Notes: a model not told the origin generated them from the sequence alone. A stretch of DNA of 64,000 nt from a virus (IMGVR_UViG_2932454522_000001:3061-67060), one strand, 5' to 3'; shown: positions 35,236 through 45,187, counted from the stretch's first letter. Numbers and translations are program-made.

Positions 35236-36112
35236 CAGCCTCGCCGGCACACCCGACCCCCTCGCTCTGCCCGAGCGGATCGCTCAACTCGAAACGCGGC
35301 TCTCGCAACTGGAGGGCGGCATTGGCGGCGGCTTCCTCCTGGCGCCGGACGCCGACGCGGACGGGCAGCTCAACGTCGAGACCAACGACGGGGCCAAGCT
35401 GCAAATCTTCCCGCCGCTGGTCACACCGCAGATGATCGCCGACATCTGGAAACAGATCACCCCCGAGACCGTCGAGTTCGACCTCAACCGAGGCACGGGC
35501 CAGGTGACCCGCGTCGGGAGCCGCGTCTGGTTCGTCGGCCAGGCCACCCCGATCAACGCCCGGGACTGGCACAACGGCAACAACGTGATCGGCGTCATCC
35601 CCGAGGAGTTCCGGCCCACCGAGTGGCAGACGTTCCCCTGCTCCAACGAGGCCGCCTACGACCACGCCCCCCGTACGACCCGCATGGACGTCAACATCGC
35701 CGGAGAGATCCGCTTCTACTCCATCCCCGCCTCCATGGTCGACCCGCACCGCGTGCAGGTGACCATCGACGCGTGGACCGATCAGAACCAGGGCCACCAG
35801 CACGGCACTACCTCCGGCGGCGGCGGAACGTCCGGCAACCAGAACCAGAACCACACACACGTCACCGACGGCAAGACGTCGTCCGGGGCGAACGTCGGGC
35901 ACAACCACTCCACCCCCAACCACACGCACAGCACGCCGACGGCCGGTGTCCACTCCCACCACATCGAGGACTACAAGACGCCGCACACCTACGACCAAGG
36001 CGCCACACTCGTGCCGAACTACGCGAAGTACCCCAACTGGGTTCAGTGCCTGGGTACCTGGACGATCGCGCAGCCCGAAGAGGGCACCGAGGGCGACGGG
36101 GGCGTGATCTGA
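35222..36112 (+). CDS. Minor tail / fibre protein with His-rich HxH motifs
   Basis: GGAGG SD; N-terminal coiled coil; HQHG, HTH, HNHS and HSH repeats typical of metal-binding tail-fibre segments. Confidence 0.7.
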   Translation: MARADSLAGTPDPLALPERIAQLETRLSQLEGGIGGGFLLAPDADADGQLNVETNDGAKLQIFPPLVTPQMIADIWKQITPETVEFDLNRGTGQVTRVGSRVWFVGQATPINARDWHNGNNVIGVIPEEFRPTEWQTFPCSNEAAYDHAPRTTRMDVNIAGEIRFYSIPASMVDPHRVQVTIDAWTDQNQGHQHGTTSGGGGTSGNQNQNHTHVTDGKTSSGANVGHNHSTPNHTHSTPTAGVHSHHIEDYKTPHTYDQGATLVPNYAKYPNWVQCLGTWTIAQPEEGTEGDGGVI

Positions 36113-36843
36113 TGCGCGGCTGCATCACCGACGACTTCACCCTCTCCGGCGGCCGGATCCTCGGAATCCGCGGGCCGATCCCCGGCATCCGCAAGGCAGC
36201 CGAGTCCGGGCTGTTCCGCGACGACTTCGCCGGCCTGAAGCGCGGATACGACCCCAGCGGCGCAATGACGGAGCTCCAAGCCGTCATCGACGAGGGCACC
36301 AACGCACCCCCGACGCTGAACGCGGGACAGCTGTGGAAGCTGCCCATGCCCGTCGTGCGGGCGACCCAGCCCGCCCCGTCGCTGCCGTGGGCCGTAGTGG
36401 GGTTCTGGTCGCTGTCCTGGGGCGCGCAGTTGCCCGCAAACGTGCGGGGCACGGCAACGATGTACGCCGAACCGACGGCGGGCCAGGAGAGCCCGCCTCG
36501 GCTGCGTCCCGTGTCGCGCTGGACCGTCAGCGGTCTGACCGCGCGCATGTACTGGGCCAACGCCCTGACCTGGCCCGTCGCCCAGACGATGAACGCCGAC
36601 GAGGCCTCCGCCTCGCTGTACCTGAACGCGCACGTGGCCAACGACACCCTGTCCCTGTGGGGCCTTGAGCACTTCCGCCTGGCCTTCAACGGGTTCGTGG
36701 TCCCCCTCGACGACGACATCAAGCGTGCGCGGACCATCGCCGAAGCACTCGCCGCAGCGACCGGCGACACCATCCAGGCCGCGCTCGACGCGGCGAGTGC
36801 GACCACCGTGCGCGCGGTGGTCGATGAATGGAGCACCCCGTGA
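36112..36843 (+). CDS. Minor tail protein
   Basis: TGATG coupling within the tail operon. Confidence 0.65.
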   Translation: MRGCITDDFTLSGGRILGIRGPIPGIRKAAESGLFRDDFAGLKRGYDPSGAMTELQAVIDEGTNAPPTLNAGQLWKLPMPVVRATQPAPSLPWAVVGFWSLSWGAQLPANVRGTATMYAEPTAGQESPPRLRPVSRWTVSGLTARMYWANALTWPVAQTMNADEASASLYLNAHVANDTLSLWGLEHFRLAFNGFVVPLDDDIKRARTIAEALAAATGDTIQAALDAASATTVRAVVDEWSTP

Positions 36844-37406
36844 AGGAAACCCCGAAGTACCAGCTGCCGTACCTGACCGGGGACGACACCAAAGACGACT
36901 GGGTCGCCTACTGGAAGCTGCTGGCCGACAAGCTCGAAGCGGTCATCTCCGCGAACGCCGGGGGAGGCGGCGGAGCCTCGCAGCCGCTGGCCACGGCGAA
37001 GTTCCTGGAGACCGTGGCACCGAACAACTGGAGCACCCGCGCCGCTCTCTCGCCCGTCCTGGTCAACGAGGGATACAGCGTCAACGCCACCGGCATCATC
37101 GTGGCCAACCCCGGCGTGTACTGGTGCGAGGCGTACGCCCGCATGAACCGCGTGACCAACGTCGCCACGCGCCTGGGGGTGGGCCTGACCACGAAGGCGA
37201 CCGGCACCCCCAGTGACAGCGACCCCATGAACTACTGGGGCGAGTTCCCCGTCACCGGCGGCGGCAACTACGCGGTGTCGACGATGGGGCCGGTCGTGCT
37301 CGCCGCGAACGCCGGCGTCTATGTGATGGTCCGCAACAGCGTGGACAGCGACGTGAAGTGCACCGGCGGCGGCGTGCGGGTGACGCGACTGGGGGACGCT
37401 CTCTGA
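36840..37406 (+). CDS. Minor tail / receptor-binding-like protein
   Basis: N-terminal TPKYQLPY motif common in tail-fibre proteins; C1q/TNF-like beta C-terminus (PGVYW). Confidence 0.65.
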   Translation: MKETPKYQLPYLTGDDTKDDWVAYWKLLADKLEAVISANAGGGGGASQPLATAKFLETVAPNNWSTRAALSPVLVNEGYSVNATGIIVANPGVYWCEAYARMNRVTNVATRLGVGLTTKATGTPSDSDPMNYWGEFPVTGGGNYAVSTMGPVVLAANAGVYVMVRNSVDSDVKCTGGGVRVTRLGDAL

Positions 37407-38023
37407 TGGCGGAACCCATCGTCACCGACCCGTGCCTGTCCCCGATGCTGGGCGTGGGCACAGAGAACGAACTCGACGTCAGGATCGGCACCTCGACGCC
37501 GCCGCCGGTGTGGCCGGCCCAGCGCGGCGTCTACAAGGACCCGCGCCTGGGCCTGTGGGCCGACCCCTCGCCGACGTTCCGCGCCGACCGCAAAACGGGC
37601 ACCACCGCTTCGTTCCGGCTGGAGCCGAAAAAGACGGTGAACTTCGGCGACGTCACCCTCGACATCGAACCGTCCCCGGTCCACACACTCCTCGTCTCCG
37701 GCATCTTCTGGGCCCGCATGCGTGCCGAGCGCGACGGCAACACCCCAGACGCCACGGGGCAGTTGCGTCCCCGGATCGCAGTGCAGGCCGCAGACGCCAT
37801 GGTCGCCGGCTCCCTGGATCAGGTCATCGCCGCGGGTACCGGCCTGAGCCCACAGTGGGAGGCCGAGATGACACTCACCTGGCGCGTGCTGCTGCCCCCG
37901 CTCGTGCGGCGCCCGGTGCTCGGCAAGATCCGCTGTGACTCGACCATGGCCGCCGCCTGGACGCTGCTCGACGTGGACCGCCTGCTGACCGCGACCGCCG
38001 TCACGATCTCCCCGACCGCCTGA
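37406..38023 (+). CDS. Minor tail protein (paralogue set)
   Basis: TGATG coupling; WP...G...D...GLW motif. Confidence 0.65.
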   Translation: MAEPIVTDPCLSPMLGVGTENELDVRIGTSTPPPVWPAQRGVYKDPRLGLWADPSPTFRADRKTGTTASFRLEPKKTVNFGDVTLDIEPSPVHTLLVSGIFWARMRAERDGNTPDATGQLRPRIAVQAADAMVAGSLDQVIAAGTGLSPQWEAEMTLTWRVLLPPLVRRPVLGKIRCDSTMAAAWTLLDVDRLLTATAVTISPTA

Positions 38024-38038
38024 AAGGCCCCGTTCACC

Positions 38039-38647
38039 ATGGCCGATGAGGTCTCCTACAACCCGACGCAGTTCCAGACCACCGACGCCGGCGATCTGGC
38101 TCTCAAGGCCGTCGAACGCGCCTGGCCGTACACCGGCGTCAGCCTGTCGCAGGGCAACGGCCTGAAGTTCGACGCCCAGGGCCTGTTCGTCGACGTGCCC
38201 CCGAAGGTGTCGTGTCTGGACGAAGTGTGGAACGCCGCCGACGGGTCGGGGGACATCACCATCACCGACCAGTCCACTGCCCCGTTGCCCATCCCGGCCG
38301 TCACCGCGCCGCGCGCGGTGGAGCGCGTTACGGCCGCCTTCGGCGGCTGGGAGGTCACCTGTTGGTACCGGCTCGATCCGGCCGCGACCGACACCGGATA
38401 CGTCACGCTCGCCCTGTCGGCGGACGGACGCATGACCAGCGACGTCCTGGCGTCGTCGGGGACGCTGCGCGGCCCCACCGGCATGCTCGCCGCGTTCGTG
38501 CCCGTGGACGGCTCCCTGGGCGTCGGTGAGACGTTCACGACGGCGCCCACGGCGATCGTCGGCAACCACACGGGCGGTGCGATCACCGTCGACTATCGGG
38601 CGCGCATGGCCGCCTATCTCCTCGAAGGAGTCAGTGCTGATGCCTGA
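38039..38647 (+). CDS. Minor tail protein (paralogue set)
   Basis: GAAAGG SD; AWPY...SQGNGL.FD.QGLFV. Confidence 0.7.
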   Translation: MADEVSYNPTQFQTTDAGDLALKAVERAWPYTGVSLSQGNGLKFDAQGLFVDVPPKVSCLDEVWNAADGSGDITITDQSTAPLPIPAVTAPRAVERVTAAFGGWEVTCWYRLDPAATDTGYVTLALSADGRMTSDVLASSGTLRGPTGMLAAFVPVDGSLGVGETFTTAPTAIVGNHTGGAITVDYRARMAAYLLEGVSADA

Positions 38648-39323
38648 TCTGAATTGCTACGGCAAGTCCCTCAAGACGGTCGACGGCGTCCTCGAAGTCA
38701 AGGGGCCCACCGACGCCGCGTGGCCGCTCAAGCGCCCGCAGACCGAGGCCAACGGCATCCACGTGGACGACGCCGGCGGCATCTGGTCGCACGACTACCA
38801 GGTGCGCGCGCTGCGACCGGCGAAGTCGGCGCCGGACGACGAGCTGTACACGATCACCAACCCCTCGGTGGTGGGCTCCAATCGCAACTGGCTGGGCCCG
38901 AACTTCAAGTGGACCGTGAAGAACGACAACATGGCCTCTGACCTGGTCGTGCACGGCTCCTGCATGATGTGGGGCGTCGCCCGCGGCTTCCAGCGCGATA
39001 CGTGGGTGGAGCCGCTGATGTGGGTCGACGACTCGCCGCCGCCCGCGCAGGGCTGGCAGTGGCCGCGCGTCGGCGGGCAGCGCGCCACGTTCAACTTCGC
39101 CGTCTTCTTCAATGGCACGTTCCCGTACACCTTCACCGTGCCGCCGGGGCAGTCCGTCGACCTGCACCGCGCCATCGGCATGTGGGTGGAGACCGCCAAG
39201 GACTGGCGGCCCGGCGCGAACTCGTTCGTCGACCTCACGATCCGCACCCGGGCGATCGGCTACCTGACGCAGCCGGCGCCCACCGGCCCCACCCCGTCTA
39301 CCAACTCCATCAAGGGGGCCTGA
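38640..39323 (+). CDS. Minor tail protein (paralogue set)
   Basis: GAAGGAG SD; AWPL...ANGI.VDD.GGIW. Confidence 0.7.
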   Translation: MPDLNCYGKSLKTVDGVLEVKGPTDAAWPLKRPQTEANGIHVDDAGGIWSHDYQVRALRPAKSAPDDELYTITNPSVVGSNRNWLGPNFKWTVKNDNMASDLVVHGSCMMWGVARGFQRDTWVEPLMWVDDSPPPAQGWQWPRVGGQRATFNFAVFFNGTFPYTFTVPPGQSVDLHRAIGMWVETAKDWRPGANSFVDLTIRTRAIGYLTQPAPTGPTPSTNSIKGA

Positions 39324-39325
39324 CG

Positions 39326-39970
39326 GTGGCCAGGAACGCCACGATCTGCACGGGCCCGGAGTTCGGCGTCGACAACACCGGCACCCTGCGCATCCGTCAG
39401 CCGCGCGACGCGGCCTGGCCGTATGAGATCCCCATCAGCCAGGGCAACGGCCTCTTCCAGGACGAGCAACAGGGCCTGTGGGTGCCACCGCAGGACAAGA
39501 ACACCATCCGCCGCGACCCCGACAACTACCAAAAGGCCAACGTCACGGCCGTGCCCGTCGCCCCGCAGGACCAGGTGTTCTACCGGTTCGACGACATCAC
39601 GGTCACCAACAACGCCGCCGGCCGCATGCGCGTCCACCTGATGCTCCACGCGCGTACCTACATCACGATGTCGGACAACACGACGAACAAGAGCGTCGGC
39701 GCGATCGACTTCAAGACCTGGTACGACACCGACCCCGAGCCCTCGGCGTGGGAGGAGTACGCCACCGCCTACTCCGGATCGTTCACCTGGCGCGAAACAT
39801 TCGTGGTCGACGCCTCGACGTGGGCCGAACCCGGGCAGACCCGCACCGTGCACGCCTCGATCCGCTACCGCAACGCCGAAGGCTCCGTCACACACCGGGT
39901 GCAGTCGATGGAGATGAAGCCCGTCGGCTTTACCTTCGTGCCGTTCCCCAGCGAAACGGGGCTGCGCTGA
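39326..39970 (+). CDS. Minor tail protein (paralogue set)
   Basis: AAGGGGG SD; AWPY...SQGNGLFQD..QGLWVP. Confidence 0.7.
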   Translation: MARNATICTGPEFGVDNTGTLRIRQPRDAAWPYEIPISQGNGLFQDEQQGLWVPPQDKNTIRRDPDNYQKANVTAVPVAPQDQVFYRFDDITVTNNAAGRMRVHLMLHARTYITMSDNTTNKSVGAIDFKTWYDTDPEPSAWEEYATAYSGSFTWRETFVVDASTWAEPGQTRTVHASIRYRNAEGSVTHRVQSMEMKPVGFTFVPFPSETGLR

Positions 39971-41928
39971 TGGCCCTGACGCAGATCTGCGCCTCTCCGA
40001 CGTTCCAGCTCGACGCCCGCGGCGACCTTCGCATCCGCAGCCCCCGTCCGGGGGACTGGCCGTACGAGGATGAGCCGGCCAACTCCAACGCCCTGTCCCT
40101 CGACAACGGCCTGGGCCTATGGGTGCCGATCCAGTACGGCACGGTCGTCACCGGCCCCGTGGAGCGGCGCGCACAGGAGCAGACGGTGTACCCCGGACAG
40201 CCCGTGGAGGCCCGCTTCAAGCAGGTCACCGTGTCGAACCCGACCGTCACGCCGCTACGCCTGGAACTGTCGCTGCTGTTCAAGACGTACGTGTACCTGT
40301 ACACCGGCGTCGGATCGATCGAGGCCAAGACGTGGCTGAGCGGCGAGACCGAGCCGGGGTGGGACGAGCAGGCGACCACCTTCAGCGGCGGCTTCACGTG
40401 GATGCACCCGTTCGTGCTGGACGCCTCGGCGTGGATCGAGCCCGGCGAGAGCGTCACCGTCAACGCCGCGTGCCGCTACCGGATCGCGGAGAAGGCGGAC
40501 AAGCACATCGTGCGGTGGATGGAGATGCATCCGGTCGGCTTCACGTTCCCCGCCTATCCGCTCCAGGGCCAGTCCGATCACCGCGAGACGCCGCCCGAGC
40601 CGGACTACGACATCTGGATCCAGGACGAGGGCGCCGTGCCGGGCCGCGACGTCAGTGACGCCGTGGCGAAGGAGAACACCCGGGCGTTCCAGTCAGCCAT
40701 CGACAAGATCAGCGCCCAGGGAGTGGGCCGCGTGCGGGTGCCGGACGGCGTCTTTGAGTTTGGCGATGCACCGGACGGCGACCGCATCCGCATGATCCAG
40801 GTCAAGGACGGCGTGGAGATCCTGATGACGCCGGACACCACGGTCGTAAAGAAGGGTCGCGGGAAGTTCTTCGCCAACTTCGATACCGCCGACTCCTCGA
40901 CCGGCTACGACGGCATTTCGAACTGGACCATCGACGGCTCGGGCGGCATCGTCGACATGAACGGCGAGTGGGTCCGCGACACCATCAACGACGGCTCCCA
41001 GTGCTTCAGCTTCTCCCACGCCACCAACGCCACCATCCGCAACCTGACGATCCTGCACCAGTACCACAACCACGCCGTCGACTGCGGCGGCAACGACACC
41101 GTCCTGATCGACAACGTGCGCTTCGAGGGCTGGGTGCCGCGCCTGCTGACGAAGTCCGGCGACTTCGCCGGCTGCGCGTGGGGCTGGCAGGGCTGGCCGT
41201 ACCTGGAGGCCTGCCAGGTCGACAAGCCCTCGGCGGAGTCCGGCGGCGGCGGCGCGGCCGACGGGGTGCCGACGCAGAACATGACGATCACCGGCTGCTG
41301 GATGGGCCCGTCGGACTACTACGGCTGCTATCCGACGTTCGCCGGCGCCCACGCGGCATGGAAGTCCACGTCCACCGGCCCGTACAAGAACATCGTGATC
41401 ACCGGGAACACGGTGGCCGACTACATGGGCGCGGCCGTCGTCGTCATGGGCTTCGACGGCTGCGAGATCACCGACAACACGTTCACTTCACGCCACGACC
41501 ACGCGCCGTACGGGCGCATCGACCACGGCACCAAGGGCTGCATCCTCGTGCAGTCGCAGGCCAACGCGTGGCCGAACACCAACATCGTGATCTCAGGAAA
41601 CCGCACCCACGACACCGGCGCCCCCGGCTCGCCGTTCTCGGCCATCGGCGTCAATGAGCAGTGGGATGCCTACGACAAGGACGACAACCCCACCCCGATC
41701 GCCCTGGACCCGGCAGGGACCAGCGGCGTGACCATCACCAACAACCGCCTCGGCACGCACGTGGGAGCGCACGTGATCTCCTCCGCGCTCGCGCCGAAGG
41801 TCGTCATCGACGGCAACCGCTGGAGCGATCCGACGCTGACCGGGGAGCCGCTGGTCTCCGACGACATGACGAACGTGACCGACAACAACGGCGAGGACAA
41901 CGACGGCGGCGATCCTGCGGACCGTTGA
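39970..41928 (+). CDS. Tailspike-like protein: paralogous N-terminal module plus right-handed beta-helix (pectate-lyase-like) domain
   Basis: ENTRAFQSAID....G...V.VPDG.F entry motif; repeated I.GN/I.NN/I.DN coils. Confidence 0.8.
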   Translation: MALTQICASPTFQLDARGDLRIRSPRPGDWPYEDEPANSNALSLDNGLGLWVPIQYGTVVTGPVERRAQEQTVYPGQPVEARFKQVTVSNPTVTPLRLELSLLFKTYVYLYTGVGSIEAKTWLSGETEPGWDEQATTFSGGFTWMHPFVLDASAWIEPGESVTVNAACRYRIAEKADKHIVRWMEMHPVGFTFPAYPLQGQSDHRETPPEPDYDIWIQDEGAVPGRDVSDAVAKENTRAFQSAIDKISAQGVGRVRVPDGVFEFGDAPDGDRIRMIQVKDGVEILMTPDTTVVKKGRGKFFANFDTADSSTGYDGISNWTIDGSGGIVDMNGEWVRDTINDGSQCFSFSHATNATIRNLTILHQYHNHAVDCGGNDTVLIDNVRFEGWVPRLLTKSGDFAGCAWGWQGWPYLEACQVDKPSAESGGGGAADGVPTQNMTITGCWMGPSDYYGCYPTFAGAHAAWKSTSTGPYKNIVITGNTVADYMGAAVVVMGFDGCEITDNTFTSRHDHAPYGRIDHGTKGCILVQSQANAWPNTNIVISGNRTHDTGAPGSPFSAIGVNEQWDAYDKDDNPTPIALDPAGTSGVTITNNRLGTHVGAHVISSALAPKVVIDGNRWSDPTLTGEPLVSDDMTNVTDNNGEDNDGGDPADR

Positions 41929-41973
41929 CCGTCTCCGCGCAGGCCCGCCGCGCCCCACACGGGTTGGGGGGAA

Positions 41974-42000
41974 CCTCTGTCTCTAGGTTTCAGAGACAGA
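41974..42000. terminator. Hairpin between convergent operons
   Basis: tctgtctct-aggtttc-agagacaga. Confidence 0.5.
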
Positions 42001-42018
42001 CGGGACGCGGCGGGAGCT

Positions 42019-42108
42019 TCAGGGGTGCGTCGAGCCGAGCACAACCAGCGGCACGACCACCGCGACGCAGACCAGGAACACACCGACGAGGAACAGGCGC
42101 TGCCTCAT
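42019..42108 (-). CDS. 29-aa single-TM peptide
   Basis: MRQRLFLVGVFLVCVAVVVPLVVLGSTHP, starting 13 nt after the methyltransferase stop. Confidence 0.4.
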   Translation of the reverse strand: MRQRLFLVGVFLVCVAVVVPLVVLGSTHP

Positions 42109-42121
42109 CACGCCGGGCCGA

Positions 42122-43216
42122 TCACAGCTCGTCGGGCAGCGGCAGATGCCAGCGTGGCCCGTCGGTGTGCCGGTAGTACACGGTCTGCTCGGTCGGTGTG
42201 ACGGTGACGTGGAAGTCCTCGCGCGCCAGCGGCCCGGTCGGCAGCAGCCCCACTGTCTGCTCGACGATGTCCCACAGGCGCCGGGGCCCGGCCTGGCGCA
42301 CCCCTTCGGTGCCGTGTGCCACCGCGATGGAGCCGTCCGGGGTCCAGATGCCGACGGCGGCCACCAGCCCTTCATCGTCCTTCCACGAACAGGTCGTGTG
42401 CCCCGGCAGGATGAGCGAGAGCGCGAACTTCAGCCGGTCCAGCACGTCGTCGCCGTGCACCGCCGACGGCGCGGCCGGAGCCGCGTACACGGCGTCGAAG
42501 TCGGGCGGAGCTGTCGGCGCGCGCAGGCCCATGAAGTAGGCGGGCGTCGGCAGGAACCGCCCCGCGGCGAACCCGGGGCCATTGCGCACCAGGCGCACCA
42601 GGCCGTAGCCGAGCGGGGCCACGATGACGGCGCCCTCCACGCTCTGCTCGATGAGCGCTGAGGGAACGTAGGTGAGCTGCACTGTGGCGATGATCCGGTC
42701 GTACGGAGCGCGGCGTGCGTAGCCCTGGCGCCCGTCGCCGGCGATGACCGTGGGGCGCTGCCCGGTCTGCTCCAGACGGTGCACGGCAGCCTGCACCAGT
42801 TCGGCGTCGGGCTCGATGCTGGTCACGTTCTTGTCGCCGAGCCGGTCGCAGAGCAGCGCGAGGTTGTAGCCGGTCCCGGTCCCCAGTTCCAGCACGTGGT
42901 GCCCGTCCTGGACGTCGAGTGCTTCCAGCATGGCGAGCATGACGGACGGCTGGCTCGACGAGCTGGTGGGCACACCGTGCTCGTCGAGTTGTGTCGTCAG
43001 TGCGTCGTCGGAGTAGACCCACTCCAAGTAGCCGTCTGCTCCCCACTGCACGGGCCGCCACGTTCCGTCGGGTTTCTGCTCCTCGAAGCGGGCGACGAAC
43101 ACGTGCCGGGGCACTCGGGCGAACGCCTTGTGCCACGGCGAGGTGCCATCGGGGACCAGCGCATCGGCGAAGGCGCCACGCTGGTTGATCACGTCTTCCG
43201 TCTCCGGCCAGTTCAT
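42122..43216 (-). CDS. tgmC: PIMT-type O-methyltransferase of an ATP-grasp RiPP system
   Basis: VPRHVF, YSDDAL.TQ, SSSSQPS, SAM motif VLELGTGTGYN and APYDRIIAT. Confidence 0.9.
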   Translation of the reverse strand: MNWPETEDVINQRGAFADALVPDGTSPWHKAFARVPRHVFVARFEEQKPDGTWRPVQWGADGYLEWVYSDDALTTQLDEHGVPTSSSSQPSVMLAMLEALDVQDGHHVLELGTGTGYNLALLCDRLGDKNVTSIEPDAELVQAAVHRLEQTGQRPTVIAGDGRQGYARRAPYDRIIATVQLTYVPSALIEQSVEGAVIVAPLGYGLVRLVRNGPGFAAGRFLPTPAYFMGLRAPTAPPDFDAVYAAPAAPSAVHGDDVLDRLKFALSLILPGHTTCSWKDDEGLVAAVGIWTPDGSIAVAHGTEGVRQAGPRRLWDIVEQTVGLLPTGPLAREDFHVTVTPTEQTVYYRHTDGPRWHLPLPDEL

Positions 43217-44190
43217 CAGGTCGCTCCTTGCAGGTAGTCGGCGTGCGCGGCAGCGATCGGCAGCCCGGTGCGGTTTTCCACCCAGCCCCAGGTACCGGCC
43301 GGATTGTTCTCGAAGAACACCCACTCGCCGGCCGGGGTGACGGCAAAGTCGAAGCTGCCGAAGACGATGCCGTAGGACGCCAGAAAGCGGCGCACAGCTG
43401 TGGCGATGTGCTCGGGCACCTCGCACGTGTCGTAGGTGATGTGCTCGTAGTCCGTGCGCCAGTCGATTCCGGCCTTGGCGGACGTGGTGTCGAGCCGGCC
43501 GCCGAAGATGCGGTCGCCGACTGCGACCAGACGCACCTCGTAGGCCTTGTCGATGCGCTCCTGGAAGTAGTGCGCCGTCGTGCGGATCGTGTCGTCGAAC
43601 GCCGCTGGGTCCACGATGTGGGTCGCCACCATCAGGTCGCGGCCCTCACCGACGGGCAGCCGGCCGCCCAGGATCGGTTTGCAGATCAGCGGCCCGTCGA
43701 TGTCCTTGGCGAACGCGCGCGCCGCGTCCGGATCGTTGGTGAGGATGCTGCGCGGCACCCGCAGGCCCGCGCGGACGGCTGCGACGAGCTGCTGGGGCTT
43801 GTGCGCGGCGATCCGGTCGTAGTGCGGGTTGTTGATCCACGGCACCGGCAGCGCCGCGAGGAGATTGAGCATCGCCGCATCAGCCTGGTTCTGCGCCCAG
43901 GTGTTGTACGGCTCGGGCACCGCGTCGTCGATGAGCGGGCGTCCGGGCCGCCTCCAGTACACGGCCCGGACGTCCTTCAGCCACGCCGTCCGGCGCCCGT
44001 CGTCCAGCACTCCCGCCCAGCCCACATCCGAGGCCGCGTGAGCGGCTGACAGGGTGAGGTGCTGGGGGAAGTCGGCGACGTCGAAGCGTATGACCGGCAC
44101 GTCACGCTGGTTCAGCTGGTCCACGACCATGTCGGCCGCAGCGTCGAGCTGTTCAGCGACGACGAGTACCGGGCGGGTGGCCCCGGTCAT
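43216..44190 (-). CDS. tgmB: ATP-grasp ribosomal peptide maturase
   Basis: RFDVADFP, AVYWRRPG, KP.QL..A...GL.VP.S.LTN, FQERI.KAYEVR, DWR, FGSFDF and W.F.E.NP.G.W motifs. Confidence 0.92.
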   Translation of the reverse strand: MTGATRPVLVVAEQLDAAADMVVDQLNQRDVPVIRFDVADFPQHLTLSAAHAASDVGWAGVLDDGRRTAWLKDVRAVYWRRPGRPLIDDAVPEPYNTWAQNQADAAMLNLLAALPVPWINNPHYDRIAAHKPQQLVAAVRAGLRVPRSILTNDPDAARAFAKDIDGPLICKPILGGRLPVGEGRDLMVATHIVDPAAFDDTIRTTAHYFQERIDKAYEVRLVAVGDRIFGGRLDTTSAKAGIDWRTDYEHITYDTCEVPEHIATAVRRFLASYGIVFGSFDFAVTPAGEWVFFENNPAGTWGWVENRTGLPIAAAHADYLQGAT

Positions 44191-44408
44191 GACGCGGAGG
44201 CGTAGTACGGGTCCTGGACGTCGTCGCCCTTGCCGTCCTGGTTCGTGTCCGTCGTCGAGGCGGCCTGCGGCATGGTGTGCCACGGCGTGCCGTCGGGCTG
44301 CTCGTTGAGCTGGCGCTCCGGGTTCCAGGCCACACCGTCGATGGACGTCGAGACCAAGCACGGCGGCGCGGCGCCCTGGGCGGCGAACGGGATCGTTGCA
44401 GTCGTCAT
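44187..44408 (-). CDS. tgmA: Graspetide (ATP-grasp-modified RiPP) precursor
   Basis: GGAGG SD; leader PFA...WNPERQLN...DG.P; Thr/Ser/Asp-rich core STTDTNQDGKGDDVQD; ATGA-coupled to the ATP-grasp gene. Confidence 0.88.
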   Translation of the reverse strand: MTTATIPFAAQGAAPPCLVSTSIDGVAWNPERQLNEQPDGTPWHTMPQAASTTDTNQDGKGDDVQDPYYASAS

Positions 44409-44575
44409 GATTCCTCCGTGGGGAGTAGGAGTGGGTGCAGGGCCCGCTGCCCCGGTGCCGAATGCCGTTCGGGATCATGCCGGGGCAGCGGGGGACTAGG
44501 GGCAGTGCGAGGGACGCTCGACGCAAGCCCGCCAGGAGCGGCAGAGCCCCGGAACGGGCGGGCTACTACCGCCAC

Positions 44576-45187
44576 TCACGTCAGCGTCTCCAGTTCGGCC
44601 AGCTCGGCCCGGACGATGTCCTTGGCGCTCTCGCCGTAGACCGCGGATTGCTCCAGCAGACCGAACGCACTGTCATAGCGGCGTATGCGCCGTTCATCGG
44701 TGATGGTCTCGGCGGCCCCGTAGGGCTCGATCTCGACACGCTTACCGTCGAAAATGGCGAAGGAGTCACTGGGATAGATGTGCAGCCTGGCTCGGCTGGG
44801 AATGATGCCGAGCTTCACGCCGGGAAGGTCGAACGCGTCCAGAACGTGCTGGAGCTGGCCCTTCATGACCTCGTGGCCGCCGATGTTGGTCCTGAGGGCC
44901 TGTTCGCCGAGAAGCGTGTGGAAGATCCGGCCGTCGACGCCGAACAGCGCTGCTCGTGCAGTGCGCGCTCGGACGCCGGCCTCGACGTCGTCAGGAGTCT
45001 TCAGGTACTTCATGACGAGCGTGAGCATGGCCCGCGCATAGTCGGCAGTCTGGATCATGCCCCAGATCACGTCAGGGCAGAACTTACGGGTCTCCCGGGC
45101 CTGCTTGACCACTTCCAAGAAGGCCTCCTGGGTCGGCCCCAGACCTTCTTGGTGCAGCTGATCCCAGGACTTCGTATCGTGCGTCAC
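44576..45187 (-). CDS. DUF5753-like (Scr1-type) domain protein lacking the usual N-terminal HTH
   Basis: GMIQTADYARA, LLGEQALR..IGG.EVM..QL and LGIIP motifs; GAGGAG SD. Confidence 0.8.
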   Translation of the reverse strand: MTHDTKSWDQLHQEGLGPTQEAFLEVVKQARETRKFCPDVIWGMIQTADYARAMLTLVMKYLKTPDDVEAGVRARTARAALFGVDGRIFHTLLGEQALRTNIGGHEVMKGQLQHVLDAFDLPGVKLGIIPSRARLHIYPSDSFAIFDGKRVEIEPYGAAETITDERRIRRYDSAFGLLEQSAVYGESAKDIVRAELAELETLT

